Of a DNA stretch of 32,725 nucleotides, positions 17,855-26,852 are shown piece by piece (the stretch's first letter is position 1; each line of letters starts with the position of its first letter). The stretch is taken from assembly GCA_043804515.1 (NCBI GenBank), contig JAZDIZ010000185.1, forward strand, positions 1 through 32,725, written 5' to 3'. The position numbers and the translations under genes are program-made. Source of the stretch: Pseudomonadota bacterium. GTDB lineage: Bacteria > Bdellovibrionota_G > JALEGL01 > DATDPG01. The notes beneath the pieces are model-generated. The model was not told the origin of the DNA, searched no databases, and saw only the letters and a program-made list of their open reading frames with translations.

Positions 17855-18608
17855 GTTCGAAAAGCTTGTCGAAATGATGCGGCGGCTGCGCGGGCCGGGC
17901 GGTTGTCCCTGGGATCGCGAACAGACGTCCGAATCGATCGCTCCGTACTGTCTGGAGGAGGCCTATGAAGTCGTGGACGCGATCGAGGGAGGGGAACGGG
18001 CCAAACTCCGCGATGAGCTGGGGGATCTCCTGCTTCAGGTGGTGTTCCACTCCCAGATGGCGAAAGAGGAAGGATCGTTCGATATCCACGACGTGGCCCG
18101 GGCGATCAACGAGAAGCTGATCCGCCGGCATCCTCATGTATTCCGCAAAGGGAAAGGGGATCAAGCCTCTTCACCGGAAGCCGTTCTTAAGAAGTGGGCC
18201 AAGATCAAGAACAGAGAGGGGCGAAAGCATCTTCTGGACGGGATCCCGTCGGCGATGCCGGCGCTGCTGCGCGCCACCCGGATCGGCGAAAAGGCGGCCA
18301 GTGTCGGCTTCGACTGGAAAGGTGCAAAGGCCGTCTGGAAGAAAGTCGAGGAAGAGCTGAACGAACTGCGCAAGGCGCGGGGGAAGCGTGAAGCCGTGAT
18401 GGAAGAGCTGGGCGATCTTCTCCTGGCTCTCACGAGTCTGGCGCGGCACCTCAAAGTTGATGCGGAGTTGGCGCTCCGCCGGGCGACGAAGAAGTTCGAG
18501 AGGCGTTTCCGTTGGATGGAAGAAAAGGTGAGGGTCTCGGGGAAGGAGCTGTCCGATCTGACGGCCAAGGAACTGGACCGGCTCTGGAACCAATCGAAAA
18601 CTCAGTGA
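17838..18608 (+). CDS. mazG: Nucleoside triphosphate pyrophosphohydrolase MazG
   Basis: LRGPGGCPWDREQT, EEAYE, ELGDLLLQVVFH, KLIRRHPHVF, GFDW, second EELGDLL. GAGGAGG RBS then GTG 17838. Confidence 0.95.
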   Translation: MASAREFEKLVEMMRRLRGPGGCPWDREQTSESIAPYCLEEAYEVVDAIEGGERAKLRDELGDLLLQVVFHSQMAKEEGSFDIHDVARAINEKLIRRHPHVFRKGKGDQASSPEAVLKKWAKIKNREGRKHLLDGIPSAMPALLRATRIGEKAASVGFDWKGAKAVWKKVEEELNELRKARGKREAVMEELGDLLLALTSLARHLKVDAELALRRATKKFERRFRWMEEKVRVSGKELSDLTAKELDRLWNQSKTQ

Positions 18609-18769
18609 ATCGCGGCGCCGGACTCGGACAGGTTGCATTCGAGATCTTCGAGCGCCGTGCGCACCTCTTCCGCATAGTCTCGGACGGCCTCGTGGATGTC
18701 CTCCCGGCATTCGTTGACGACATCTTCGATTTCCCGATTCAGAGCATCGCGGCGCTGGACTGGCGACAT
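18602..18769 (-). CDS. Small acidic hypothetical protein (55 aa; below the ORF-track cutoff)
   Basis: Manual translation: MSPVQRRDALNREIEDVVNECREDIHEAVRDYAEEVRTALEDLECNLSESGAAIH*. Amphipathic helical pattern; ends at the mazG stop. Confidence 0.6.
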   Translation of the reverse strand: MSPVQRRDALNREIEDVVNECREDIHEAVRDYAEEVRTALEDLECNLSESGAAIH

Positions 18770-18784
18770 ACGTAAGAAGGATCA

Positions 18785-18800
18785 TTCAAACGCCGTACCA
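18785..18800 (-). promoter_or_regulatory. Sigma54-like -24/-12 element
   Basis: Minus strand reads TGGTACG-GCGT-TTGAA versus consensus TGGCACG-N4-TTGC(A/T); the -12 dinucleotide is GA rather than GC. Confidence 0.4.
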
Positions 18801-18983
18801 ACTAGCCCAGAAAAAACTCCAATTGTTTTAATGGCTTAGGTGTGCGTTTCTGAAGCGCCGCGGCAAAATTGGTGAAATGTTGCCCCAAGGCGGGTCGTGG
18901 GTGCCGCATTTAAGGATTAAGGGTTGAGGCTCCCGACTTCGCCAAGGCTTCGTCGAGGCGAGATAAGGATTGACCTTTAAACG

Positions 18984-20642
18984 TTACAGAGCCGGAACGA
19001 TCGCCAGGCCCATCGCCAGCGAAGGATCGCCTGAAATCCTGACCGTGAAATCGTGGAAGGCCGGGACGCTTACAAGCACGGCGTTGGCGCCGGAGCTGAA
19101 CAGCGTTCCCGAAACCTCGGATGAGGAGTCGAGGTCGGCCGTTTTAATGTCGGCGGGGCCATGCAGCACGACCGGGGCGCCGTTCTCATCCTGCCGCGTG
19201 GAGCGCAGCCGGACGTTCCTGGTGAGTTGCGTGAAGGAATCCTGCGCTTCGGGTGTCAGCTGGAAGCGTGAACCGAAGTTCTGGACCGTCCCGTCAAGCG
19301 CCACCATCGATATGAAGTCGGCGTACCAGGAGAAGAAGCTTCGGCCGGACGCGTATTCCAAATTCGGGACGCCCGCCATTGCTGAGGAGGAGAGGCGCCG
19401 TAGGAACGTCACGCCGGCTCCCGAGATATCCCCTGCGTTCGCGTCCGAATACGCGGCACCCCCGAGCTGCTGGAACATGTAAAGGAGAAACAGCATCGTG
19501 CCCCCGCGACGGGCGAGGCTGTCGTCGCCCGGGCCGGCGATGTTGCAATCGGGATTCCCCGTCACGGTCGTCGCGCCGGGCCCCGCCACGGACGTGTGGC
19601 TCATGCACTCGAGATAAATCTCCACGAGATGGGGCGTGCAGGAACTCCATCCCGTGACTTCCTCGGCCAGGTGCGCCTGGCCCTCGTTCAACCACAGAGT
19701 TTCCTGGATGAGAACGTGCCCGACTGAGGCCTGAAAAAAGGGAAGGCTCTTCTGTGCGAAGTTGACGAGGTGGAAGGTTTCGTGGGCGAGCGTCGCGTTG
19801 ACCAGCGGGATCGACACGCCGAAGCTCGGGATCTGGGAGTAGATGATCTCCCCCTCGTTGCTGCGGCTCCCCCCCACGGTTCCGTCCGGAAGAAGGTCCA
19901 CGGGGCGGAAGAATCCGAGTTGGCCCTCCCCCAGCCGGGAGGCCGCCGCCAAGAACACAATGACGACGCCGTTGTTGTCGATGTCAGACTCGCTTCCGAA
20001 GAGAGCGTGGATGCGGGGGAGCGTGATCGTGTCGTAGGCGGCAAGAAGTGCCTTGACTTGGTCATCCGTCACTTTGTCGCTGTCCCTGGAATCCACGTAG
20101 ATCGCCACGCTCTGCGTGTTTCCCCTAAGGAGGCCCGTGATCTGCTGACCCTCCTCGCCGGAAAACGGGGAATAAAGCGGGAGAGTGGTGGATAGATCCG
20201 CGTGCACGACGGCCGGTTCCAGGGCGAACCGTCTGAAAAAGCGTTCAAAGCGGGCGGGATCGGAGCGTCTGAGTTCGTAGGCCGAACGGATCTGCGCGTC
20301 AAAGAGACGGTTCCGCTCGGTCTCGGCGGCGATCCGGCGGGTCAGAAGACCGGCAGCCGTCGGAGCCGGGGGGGTTACCAGTGTCGAGGAGGCCGTGGAT
20401 GGGGAGCGGGTCCCCTGCATCTCCATGCTCAGCGTGTAGGTCGCGCTGCCCGAGAGCGCCTGGCTCGGCGCGGAAAACGGGAGGAGAAAGTATTTTTGGT
20501 CGGTGGCGAGGCGGGGGAGGGTCTTTTGCGCCGAACCGTCTCGGACGTCGAGCGTGAACGCATTTTCAAAGTCGGTGCTTCCCGAACAGGCCGCGAGAAG
20601 GACGAGAAAAAGCCCTGCCCAAGCGGGAGCTCGGCGGATCAG
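18984..20642 (-). CDS. Lipoprotein with gluzincin-type metallopeptidase domain (M30/hyicolysin-like)
   Basis: Lipobox LLAAC, Ser/Thr/Pro linker, FG.ESDID.NG, AHETFH (HExxH) and WLNEG.AH.AE. Start uncertain: CTG 20642 overlapping the upstream stop, or GTG 20717. Confidence 0.7.
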   Translation of the reverse strand: MIRRAPAWAGLFLVLLAACSGSTDFENAFTLDVRDGSAQKTLPRLATDQKYFLLPFSAPSQALSGSATYTLSMEMQGTRSPSTASSTLVTPPAPTAAGLLTRRIAAETERNRLFDAQIRSAYELRRSDPARFERFFRRFALEPAVVHADLSTTLPLYSPFSGEEGQQITGLLRGNTQSVAIYVDSRDSDKVTDDQVKALLAAYDTITLPRIHALFGSESDIDNNGVVIVFLAAASRLGEGQLGFFRPVDLLPDGTVGGSRSNEGEIIYSQIPSFGVSIPLVNATLAHETFHLVNFAQKSLPFFQASVGHVLIQETLWLNEGQAHLAEEVTGWSSCTPHLVEIYLECMSHTSVAGPGATTVTGNPDCNIAGPGDDSLARRGGTMLFLLYMFQQLGGAAYSDANAGDISGAGVTFLRRLSSSAMAGVPNLEYASGRSFFSWYADFISMVALDGTVQNFGSRFQLTPEAQDSFTQLTRNVRLRSTRQDENGAPVVLHGPADIKTADLDSSSEVSGTLFSSGANAVLVSVPAFHDFTVRISGDPSLAMGLAIVPAL

Positions 20643-21586
20643 AAAAACTCGCGGATCCTCTTGATTCCGATCGGTGTCTGCGCCTCGCCCCGGCAGCTGT
20701 ACCAGCAGAGTGTGCACTCCTGGGGTTGAAAACTCCTGCGATGATCGTAATTTTCCCAAAATACAACCGGGGGAAGCTCTGAGCAGGGCTTATACCATCC
20801 TTCGGGGGTGATTTGCACCCACCGCAGCCCCGCGGGGCATCCCTCGATGCGCTTGTGGCTGTAATAGTGGGGCATCCGCTCGAGGAAAAAATCGGAAGAA
20901 CGGATCGATTTGTACCTTCGCTTGATCCTCAACAATTCCTTAATAAGGCCCGGAAATGTTTCCAGATTTTCCGGAGAGAGGAAGTGGTAATCGTTCATGT
21001 TCTTGAGGTCGCAGTACGAGCTGTATGAGACCCAGACGCCCCACTTCCGGGCCAGAGCTTCCACGGCCAGCGTCTGGTCGAAATTCTGCTGCATTACGAT
21101 CCAGTTCAGGTTCACGGCGTCGAATCCGAGAGCCGGGAGTTTCGGCGTGATTTCCGAGATGTGTTTCCAAAGGCCCGGGATTCCTCGGCTCCGATCGTGC
21201 CGGTTGTCCACGTAATCAACGGAAATCGAGATCTGATCCAGACCGGCGTCGGCAAGCTCCCTCGCCTTCTCCTCCGTGAGAAGCGAGGCGTTCGTGATCA
21301 TGGCGATGTAGCTGACCGGCATGGCGCGCTTCAGCCCCCGGATGATCTCCGCCAGGTCCGTCCGGAGCAGCGGTTCGCCGCCCGTGAGCGTGACCATCAT
21401 CGGGTCGATCTTCCTGACGATCGGGCCGTAATCGCCGAGCACGGTCTCCTTCTTGGTTTTCCAGTAGTCGCAGAAATCGCAGGCGGCGTTACAGCGCTTG
21501 GTCACCTCCAAGTTCACCGAAATCGGTCTTCCAAGGAAGACGTTCCGATAATACTTCATGGCGAGCCTGACTTTTGTACCCAGCAT
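20639..21586 (-). CDS. Radical SAM protein with SPASM/twitch-type Cys-rich C-terminus
   Basis: CNAACDFC (CxxxCxxC), TGGEPLLR, ISISVD, and C-terminal CPAG...PC...CTLCWYSC. Start ATG 21586 inferred. Confidence 0.9.
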   Translation of the reverse strand: MLGTKVRLAMKYYRNVFLGRPISVNLEVTKRCNAACDFCDYWKTKKETVLGDYGPIVRKIDPMMVTLTGGEPLLRTDLAEIIRGLKRAMPVSYIAMITNASLLTEEKARELADAGLDQISISVDYVDNRHDRSRGIPGLWKHISEITPKLPALGFDAVNLNWIVMQQNFDQTLAVEALARKWGVWVSYSSYCDLKNMNDYHFLSPENLETFPGLIKELLRIKRRYKSIRSSDFFLERMPHYYSHKRIEGCPAGLRWVQITPEGWYKPCSELPPVVFWENYDHRRSFQPQECTLCWYSCRGEAQTPIGIKRIREFF

Positions 21587-21680
21587 TCTCACGGGAATCC
21601 CCTTCCACCTGATGGAAGCACGCTCAAGGCGGCCCTGTAACATCGGCGAGAAGGGGCGCTGAGGCTAGCGGATTTTGAAT

Positions 21681-22319
21681 TTATTCACAACCACCCGAGG
21701 TAGGTCCCGGGGCGCGGGCGTACAACGTGCTGAGAATCCCCAGCTCCGTGGGCTTGACGGTCTGAATCATCCCCCCGATGAGGGCCTCCACTTCCCGGGC
21801 TCGGGCCATCGGTTCCAAATTAGAAGTCGATAAAACGATTTGGTAACTGAAATCCTCGCAGCCGCTCGCAGGATTCGTGCCCCCGCACGAGCCTGAGTTT
21901 GGACAGAGCTTGGGCGAACCCGTCGTGTCGAACCAGAGCTTACAAGACGTGGTGATGTTGGAACTGCAGCCGGATCCGGAAGGAATCTGTACGTTCGTCC
22001 GCAGTTGTGTGGTGTTCAGGAGTGTCACGTCGTTCCCGGTACACGCGTTGGTGGCTTGTGAGCCGGCGGTGTTGACGTACACCTGAACGGAAATGGGGTT
22101 GCCGGGAACGAATTTCACGCAGGTCCAGTGACTACGGGCGTTGGCCTCGGTCTGGGCCAGCTGCAGGGCGTTTTCCAGTGCGCCCGCCGAGGAGACGAGC
22201 CTCTGCTTCGGGATGTATCCGTGCATCGTGGTGACGGCCAAACTCAGGACGATGACAACGATGGCCAGCGTGATCATGAGTTCGATAAGCGTGATGGCGC
22301 GACGGGATTTGCGGAGCAT
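21681..22319 (-). CDS. Type IV pilin / GspH-FimT-like pseudopilin (copy B)
   Basis: Basic leader then RA|ITLIELMITLAIV with conserved Glu5 and a hydrophobic helix; 8 Cys; paralog of 22551-23198. Confidence 0.8.
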   Translation of the reverse strand: MLRKSRRAITLIELMITLAIVVIVLSLAVTTMHGYIPKQRLVSSAGALENALQLAQTEANARSHWTCVKFVPGNPISVQVYVNTAGSQATNACTGNDVTLLNTTQLRTNVQIPSGSGCSSNITTSCKLWFDTTGSPKLCPNSGSCGGTNPASGCEDFSYQIVLSTSNLEPMARAREVEALIGGMIQTVKPTELGILSTLYARAPGPTSGGCE

Positions 22320-22329
22320 AAGGTGCCGT

Positions 22330-22359
22330 ATTATAGGCAGCCGCTTTTGCAGGGCGCAA
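22330..22359 (-). promoter_or_regulatory. Sigma70-type promoter for pilin copy B
   Basis: TTGCGC-N18-TATAAT, 10 nt upstream of the ATG; both boxes conserved in copy A. Confidence 0.6.
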
Positions 22360-22389
22360 CGATTCCGTATCCGCCCGGAGGAGCGGGCG

Positions 22390-22470
22390 TCAATTCCAAG
22401 TCCGAAGCTTGGAGTCGCGGACGATCCAATCGCAGGCGATCATAACGTCGGTCACGAGATCCGGGCGCCC
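22390..22470 (-). pseudogene. Duplicated 3' fragment of the amidohydrolase gene
   Basis: Translates GRPDLVTDVMIACDWIVRDSKLRTWN* versus GRPDLVTDVMVAGNWIVRNSMLRTWN* at 23269-23349. Confidence 0.85.
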
Positions 22471-22550
22471 GCCTTGATCTGCGTCAAATCCGACCGGCTC
22501 GTAGTGAATTGGGGCGTTTGCGGAATAATGGAGGCTGGCGAATTTCAGGT

Positions 22551-23198
22551 CTATTCACAGCCGCCCGCGGTGGCGGTTCCCGGGGCGCTGGCGTACAACG
22601 TGCTTAGAAGCCCCGGCTCCGTGGGCTTGACGGCTTGAATCATCCCCCCGATGAGGGCCTCCACCTCCCGGGCTCGCGCCATCGACTCCAAATTAGGAGT
22701 CGATAAGACGATTTGGTAGCTGAAATCCTCGCAGCCGCTCGCAGGAGCCGTGCCTCCACACGAGCCCGAATTTGAGCAGATCTTGGGCGAGCCCGCCGTA
22801 TTGAACCAGAGGATGCAGTCCGTGGTGATGTTGGAAGTGCATTCGGACCCGGAGGCAATTTGCACGTCGGTCCGAAGTTGCGTCGTATTGAGCAGCGCCC
22901 CATCTTGGCATGCGGTTTCGGAGTTGGCGTGGCTCCCGGCTGTATCGACGTGAATCTCGACGGTAAGCGGATTTGCCGTCGGATCGCTAAACCTTACACA
23001 AGTCCAGTAGCCCCGGGCGTTGGCCTCGGTTTGGGCCTTCCGGAGGGCGTTTTCCATGGTGCCCGCCGAGGACACGAGCCTCTGCTTTGGGATGTATCCG
23101 CGCATCGTGATGATGGCCAAACTCAGGATGATGACGATGATGGCCAACGTGATCATGAGTTCGATAAGCGTGATGGCGCGATGGGATTTGCTGAGCAT
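22551..23198 (-). CDS. Type IV pilin / GspH-FimT-like pseudopilin (copy A)
   Basis: MLSKSHRA|ITLIELMITLAII; start set to ATG 23198 by alignment with copy B; 8 Cys, ends GGCE. Confidence 0.8.
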   Translation of the reverse strand: MLSKSHRAITLIELMITLAIIVIILSLAIITMRGYIPKQRLVSSAGTMENALRKAQTEANARGYWTCVRFSDPTANPLTVEIHVDTAGSHANSETACQDGALLNTTQLRTDVQIASGSECTSNITTDCILWFNTAGSPKICSNSGSCGGTAPASGCEDFSYQIVLSTPNLESMARAREVEALIGGMIQAVKPTEPGLLSTLYASAPGTATAGGCE

Positions 23199-23208
23199 AA
23201 AGTACCTC

Positions 23209-23238
23209 ATTATAGGCAACCGCTCTCGCAGGGCGCAA
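23209..23238 (-). promoter_or_regulatory. Sigma70-type promoter for pilin copy A
   Basis: TTGCGC-N18-TATAAT, 10 nt upstream of ATG 23198. Confidence 0.6.
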
Positions 23239-23268
23239 TGATTCCGCATTCGCCCGGAGGAGAGGGCG

Positions 23269-24567
23269 TCAATTCCAAGTCCGAAGCATGGAATTGCGGA
23301 CGATCCAATTGCCGGCGACCATGACGTCGGTCACGAGATCCGGACGCCCGGAATAGACGAGGGCGGTGAAATAATCGTCGTCGGTCTCGAGCTTCACCGG
23401 AAGGAACGGCCGGTCCAGGTCCAGCCAGACCACATCGGAGGACTTTCCTTCCTCCAGGCTCCCGATCTGGTCCTGCCAACGGAGCGCACAGGCCCCCCCC
23501 CACGTGGCCAACTCGAACGCCTTTCGGGCGGGCAGGGCACCCGCGCCATGCTTAAGGTTCTGAAGGAGGGAGGCAAGACGCATCTCCTCCCAGATATCCA
23601 GGCGGTTGTTACAGGCCGCTCCGTCCGAAGCGATGGATACGGAAATCCCCCTTTTCAGCATCTCGGTGACGTTCGCGATTCCCGAAGCCAGCTTGAGGTT
23701 GGCCGAAGGGCAATGCATGACGTGAACGCCGCGAGAGCGCAGGAGTTCCAATTCGTTTTCATCGGCGTGTACGCAATGGGCCAAGCAGGTGCGCTCGCCC
23801 AGAACCCCGAGGCGCTCGAGGACCTCGATGTTCCTCATGCGGTACCGCTTGTAAACCGCATCCACCTCGACGGGGTGCTCGGAAGCATGCGTGTGGAACA
23901 ACGTCCCCTCGAAATCGGTGAGGAGCGCGAAAGCTTCCTTCATCAGTTCGTCCGAGCAGCTCAGGATGAAGCGCGGCGTGAACGCGTACCGGATCCTCCC
24001 TTCCCGGCCGTGCCACGTGCGGGCCAGCTCGGTGGTGTCACGGATCGCCTGCTCGCGAGGCTCCGAAAGGGCAGGGAAGGCCCCGTTCCGGTCCATCAGG
24101 CATTTCCCGAAATAAGCCCGGATGCCGGATGCCAACAATTCCTCGCCGATCACGTCGGTGTGCCGGATCGAGCCCATATCCATGATGCAGGTGGTGCCCG
24201 AGGAAAGGAGTTCCGCAAGCCCCCTCCGCGCGGCCTGGCGCATTCGCTGCCGCGTGAGCGCTGCTTCGTAGGGGAAAATCTTCTCGGTCAGCCAGCTCAT
24301 GAGGTGCCGGTCGTCCGCGGTCCCCCGGGCCAGGGTTTGGCAGAGGTGAACGTGCGGCTGGACGAATCCGGGGATGGCCACACGGTTCTTGAGGTCCATG
24401 CGCCGGAACCGGCGCCCCTCCGGGGTCGCCCGGAAGCGCCTAAGAGCGCCCCGATCCAGAATCCGGAAAATCCGCCCGCCCTCGAGAGCCAACGCCCCGC
24501 CACGGATCACACGCGGGCTCGGCCCGCCCGTGATCACCGTCCCGGTTTCGATCAAGAGTCTGCGCAT
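23269..24567 (-). CDS. Metal-dependent amidohydrolase, 5'-deoxyadenosine/MTA/SAH deaminase-like
   Basis: PGFVQPHVHLCQT (HxH), HTHASE, LAHCVH, HCPSANLKLASG, SDG.ACNN, GSLEEGK. Confidence 0.85.
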   Translation of the reverse strand: MRRLLIETGTVITGGPSPRVIRGGALALEGGRIFRILDRGALRRFRATPEGRRFRRMDLKNRVAIPGFVQPHVHLCQTLARGTADDRHLMSWLTEKIFPYEAALTRQRMRQAARRGLAELLSSGTTCIMDMGSIRHTDVIGEELLASGIRAYFGKCLMDRNGAFPALSEPREQAIRDTTELARTWHGREGRIRYAFTPRFILSCSDELMKEAFALLTDFEGTLFHTHASEHPVEVDAVYKRYRMRNIEVLERLGVLGERTCLAHCVHADENELELLRSRGVHVMHCPSANLKLASGIANVTEMLKRGISVSIASDGAACNNRLDIWEEMRLASLLQNLKHGAGALPARKAFELATWGGACALRWQDQIGSLEEGKSSDVVWLDLDRPFLPVKLETDDDYFTALVYSGRPDLVTDVMVAGNWIVRNSMLRTWN

Positions 24568-24573
24568 AGCTTC

Positions 24574-25527
24574 TTAAGAGGGATAGATGACGGGCGGTTG
24601 GAACCCTCGGAGCGTATCGAACAATTTCCCGAATCGAATCCCCCGGTCCATCACCTCAAACGCCGGAACGCGGAACTTGTCCAGAAGTCTCTCGATGATC
24701 AGGGAACTGGCCAGAATGACGTCCGCTCGCCGCGGATCCACACCCGGAATTTTCGAGATCTCCTCCCTCTCGACGCCGGAGAATTTGTCGATCCAGAAAC
24801 GCACGCGTTCCGGTGTCAGCTTGTGGTGGGCCACCCGATCCGGATGGTAATCCCGGATTCCGAGATCGACGGCGGCAAGGTGGGTGAAGCTGCCGGCTGT
24901 CCCATAATGACGGCTCAAGCTCCCGATCGGGGTGATCCGAGCCAGGCGCTCGTCGATCTCCCTCCGCGCCGAATCGATCTCCCGCGTGCCGGGCGGGTTC
25001 CCCGTCAACGGACCTTCGATGAGCTTGATTGTGCCCAGGTCGAGGCTTCGGCCCCCGTCGAAGCGGTTGCCCAAGCCCCAGGTGATTTCGGTGGAGCCGC
25101 CGCCGATGTCCACGACCATGGATGGCGTGTCTCCTACGTCCTCGGAAGTCGCGGAAAGGTACGTGAGCCTCGCCTCCTCGCCGGGAGGGAGGAGTTCCAC
25201 GCGGCTTCCCACGACGGACGATGCTGCAGCGAGGAAATCGTCCCGGTTCTCGGCTTCGCGTGCGGCGTTGGTCGCGGTTGCGAAGATCTCCAGGGCGCCC
25301 AACGAGCGCGCTTGGTCCGTGTACTCCCGAAGAACATTGAGGCTTCGTTCCATTGCGGCCGGGGCGATTCTCCGAGTTCGGCGGAGGTCTTCGCCGAGAC
25401 GCGGTATGCGGCTCACGTCCGCCAGAACGGAGAGGGAACCATTCTCGCCCCGTTCGGCTACCAGCATCAGCAGAGCGTTCGATCCGATATCGATCGTGGC
25501 GATCCGCCTCTTCTTGAATGCGGTCAT
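24574..25527 (-). CDS. ppx: Ppx/GppA family phosphatase (short form)
   Basis: IDIGSN, RLG, ATNAAREA.N, EEARL, DIGGGSTE, RADVI. ATG overlaps the tolB stop. Confidence 0.9.
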   Translation of the reverse strand: MTAFKKRRIATIDIGSNALLMLVAERGENGSLSVLADVSRIPRLGEDLRRTRRIAPAAMERSLNVLREYTDQARSLGALEIFATATNAAREAENRDDFLAAASSVVGSRVELLPPGEEARLTYLSATSEDVGDTPSMVVDIGGGSTEITWGLGNRFDGGRSLDLGTIKLIEGPLTGNPPGTREIDSARREIDERLARITPIGSLSRHYGTAGSFTHLAAVDLGIRDYHPDRVAHHKLTPERVRFWIDKFSGVEREEISKIPGVDPRRADVILASSLIIERLLDKFRVPAFEVMDRGIRFGKLFDTLRGFQPPVIYPS

Positions 25528-26852
25528 TTTTCCTTGGGGCTCCAGGCCGGCATGGTGTGCTTAAACAAATCGTGGGTCAACTGGGCCTGGTGGGAACCGT
25601 CGGGGCGCATGATGTACAGCTGATAGGCCCCCGCGCGGTTCGAGGAGAACGCGATCATCTGTCCGTCGGGGGACCAGGCCGGTTCCTCGTTGTTCCGCGA
25701 GTCGTACGTCAGCCGCACCATGCCTCCGCCGTCGGTGTTCATCGAGAAAATATCGAAATGCCCGTCCGTATCCATCCCCGCGAAGAGAACCTTGTCCCCA
25801 CGCGGCGACCAGGCGGGGGAAGTATTATTGTTTCCTTTGAACGTGAGCCGCTTCACCTGTGAGCCGGCCCGGGCCATTTTGTAAATCTGGGCGCTGCCGT
25901 CCCGGCTGGAAACGAACACGATTTGCTGGCCGTCCGGCGAAAACGAGGGGCTCACGTCGATGTCCGGATCCGTCGTGAGGCGTTTCTGGATCGTGCCATC
26001 GGGATTGAGAAAATAGATGTCCGAATTTCCCTCCTTGGAAAGAGTGGTGACCATGGAGCGGCTGATCGGATCCAGTTTGAGGCCGATCACCATCCCCGGA
26101 AGATTCGTTTTGCGTGTCGCGGAGCCGGTTCGAAAATCGTACATGTAGAGCTGAGAACTCCCTCGCCTGGGAAAAGCGGTGAAAAAGATTCCCCGGCCGT
26201 CTTCCGCCCAGTTGGGGGAAAGCACGATGGAGTTGAGGTTCGTGAGCCTCCTTTGGTTGGCGCCGTTGAAATCCATGGCGTACAGCTCTTTGCTCCCCCC
26301 TTTGTCGCCGACAAAAGCGATCCGGCTTTCGAAGAGCCCCGCCTCCCCGGTCAAGGCCAGCATGATCTGGTTGGCGAACTTGTGGGCGGCTGCGGGAACG
26401 GAATCGGATGTGGTGTCGTACTTCTTGGCGACCAGCTCCTTTTTGGCCAGAACGTCGAAAAGGTGCATCTCGATCGTGACTTTCGTGCCCCTGACTTGAT
26501 ACCACCCCTTCGCCAGCGCGAAGGCATCCAGCACCGCCCAGTTCGCGAAATCGATTTCGCCTTCCCGGAACGCTTTCTTCTTCGGGTCCTCCAGGAAGGA
26601 CTTGGGATCAATGAAACGGAAGATGCTCATGAGTTCCAAATCCTGCTGGATCGTCGAGGTGAACAGCTGTCCGAGTTCCGAAGCGTCGGAATCTCCGCCG
26701 TCCCGCACGGGGGGGGGCAGTGCGATCGGGAAGGACTGGTTGGACGCCTGCGTGATGTTGATAAAGATCTTGGCCGCCCTGGCGGACGGAGACGAAAGCA
26801 GGAATCCGAGGAGGAAAAGAGGGACGAGAAACCGTTTCATATGTTGATTCAT
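25524..26852 (-). CDS. tolB: Tol-Pal system beta-propeller protein TolB
   Basis: Signal peptide, AHKFAN.I, RIAFV, repeated P.WSPDG/FSPDG (PD40) units; downstream of tolQRA. Confidence 0.93.
   Translation of the reverse strand: MNQHMKRFLVPLFLLGFLLSSPSARAAKIFINITQASNQSFPIALPPPVRDGGDSDASELGQLFTSTIQQDLELMSIFRFIDPKSFLEDPKKKAFREGEIDFANWAVLDAFALAKGWYQVRGTKVTIEMHLFDVLAKKELVAKKYDTTSDSVPAAAHKFANQIMLALTGEAGLFESRIAFVGDKGGSKELYAMDFNGANQRRLTNLNSIVLSPNWAEDGRGIFFTAFPRRGSSQLYMYDFRTGSATRKTNLPGMVIGLKLDPISRSMVTTLSKEGNSDIYFLNPDGTIQKRLTTDPDIDVSPSFSPDGQQIVFVSSRDGSAQIYKMARAGSQVKRLTFKGNNNTSPAWSPRGDKVLFAGMDTDGHFDIFSMNTDGGGMVRLTYDSRNNEEPAWSPDGQMIAFSSNRAGAYQLYIMRPDGSHQAQLTHDLFKHTMPAWSPKEK

Noticed and set aside
17838..18608. 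mazG as an anti-phage or toxin-antitoxin component
   Set aside because: Ordinary tandem-domain housekeeping MazG next to recO, with no mazEF or defence genes nearby.
21681..23350. Pilin pair as a diversity-generating retroelement or silent-cassette system
   Set aside because: Differences are not adenine-specific, no reverse transcriptase or recombinase is nearby, and both copies have a full N-terminus and promoter.
23548..25623. 691-aa plus-strand ORF
   Set aside because: Antisense shadow of the well-supported ppx and amidohydrolase genes; no recognisable motifs; long antisense ORFs are common in GC-rich DNA.
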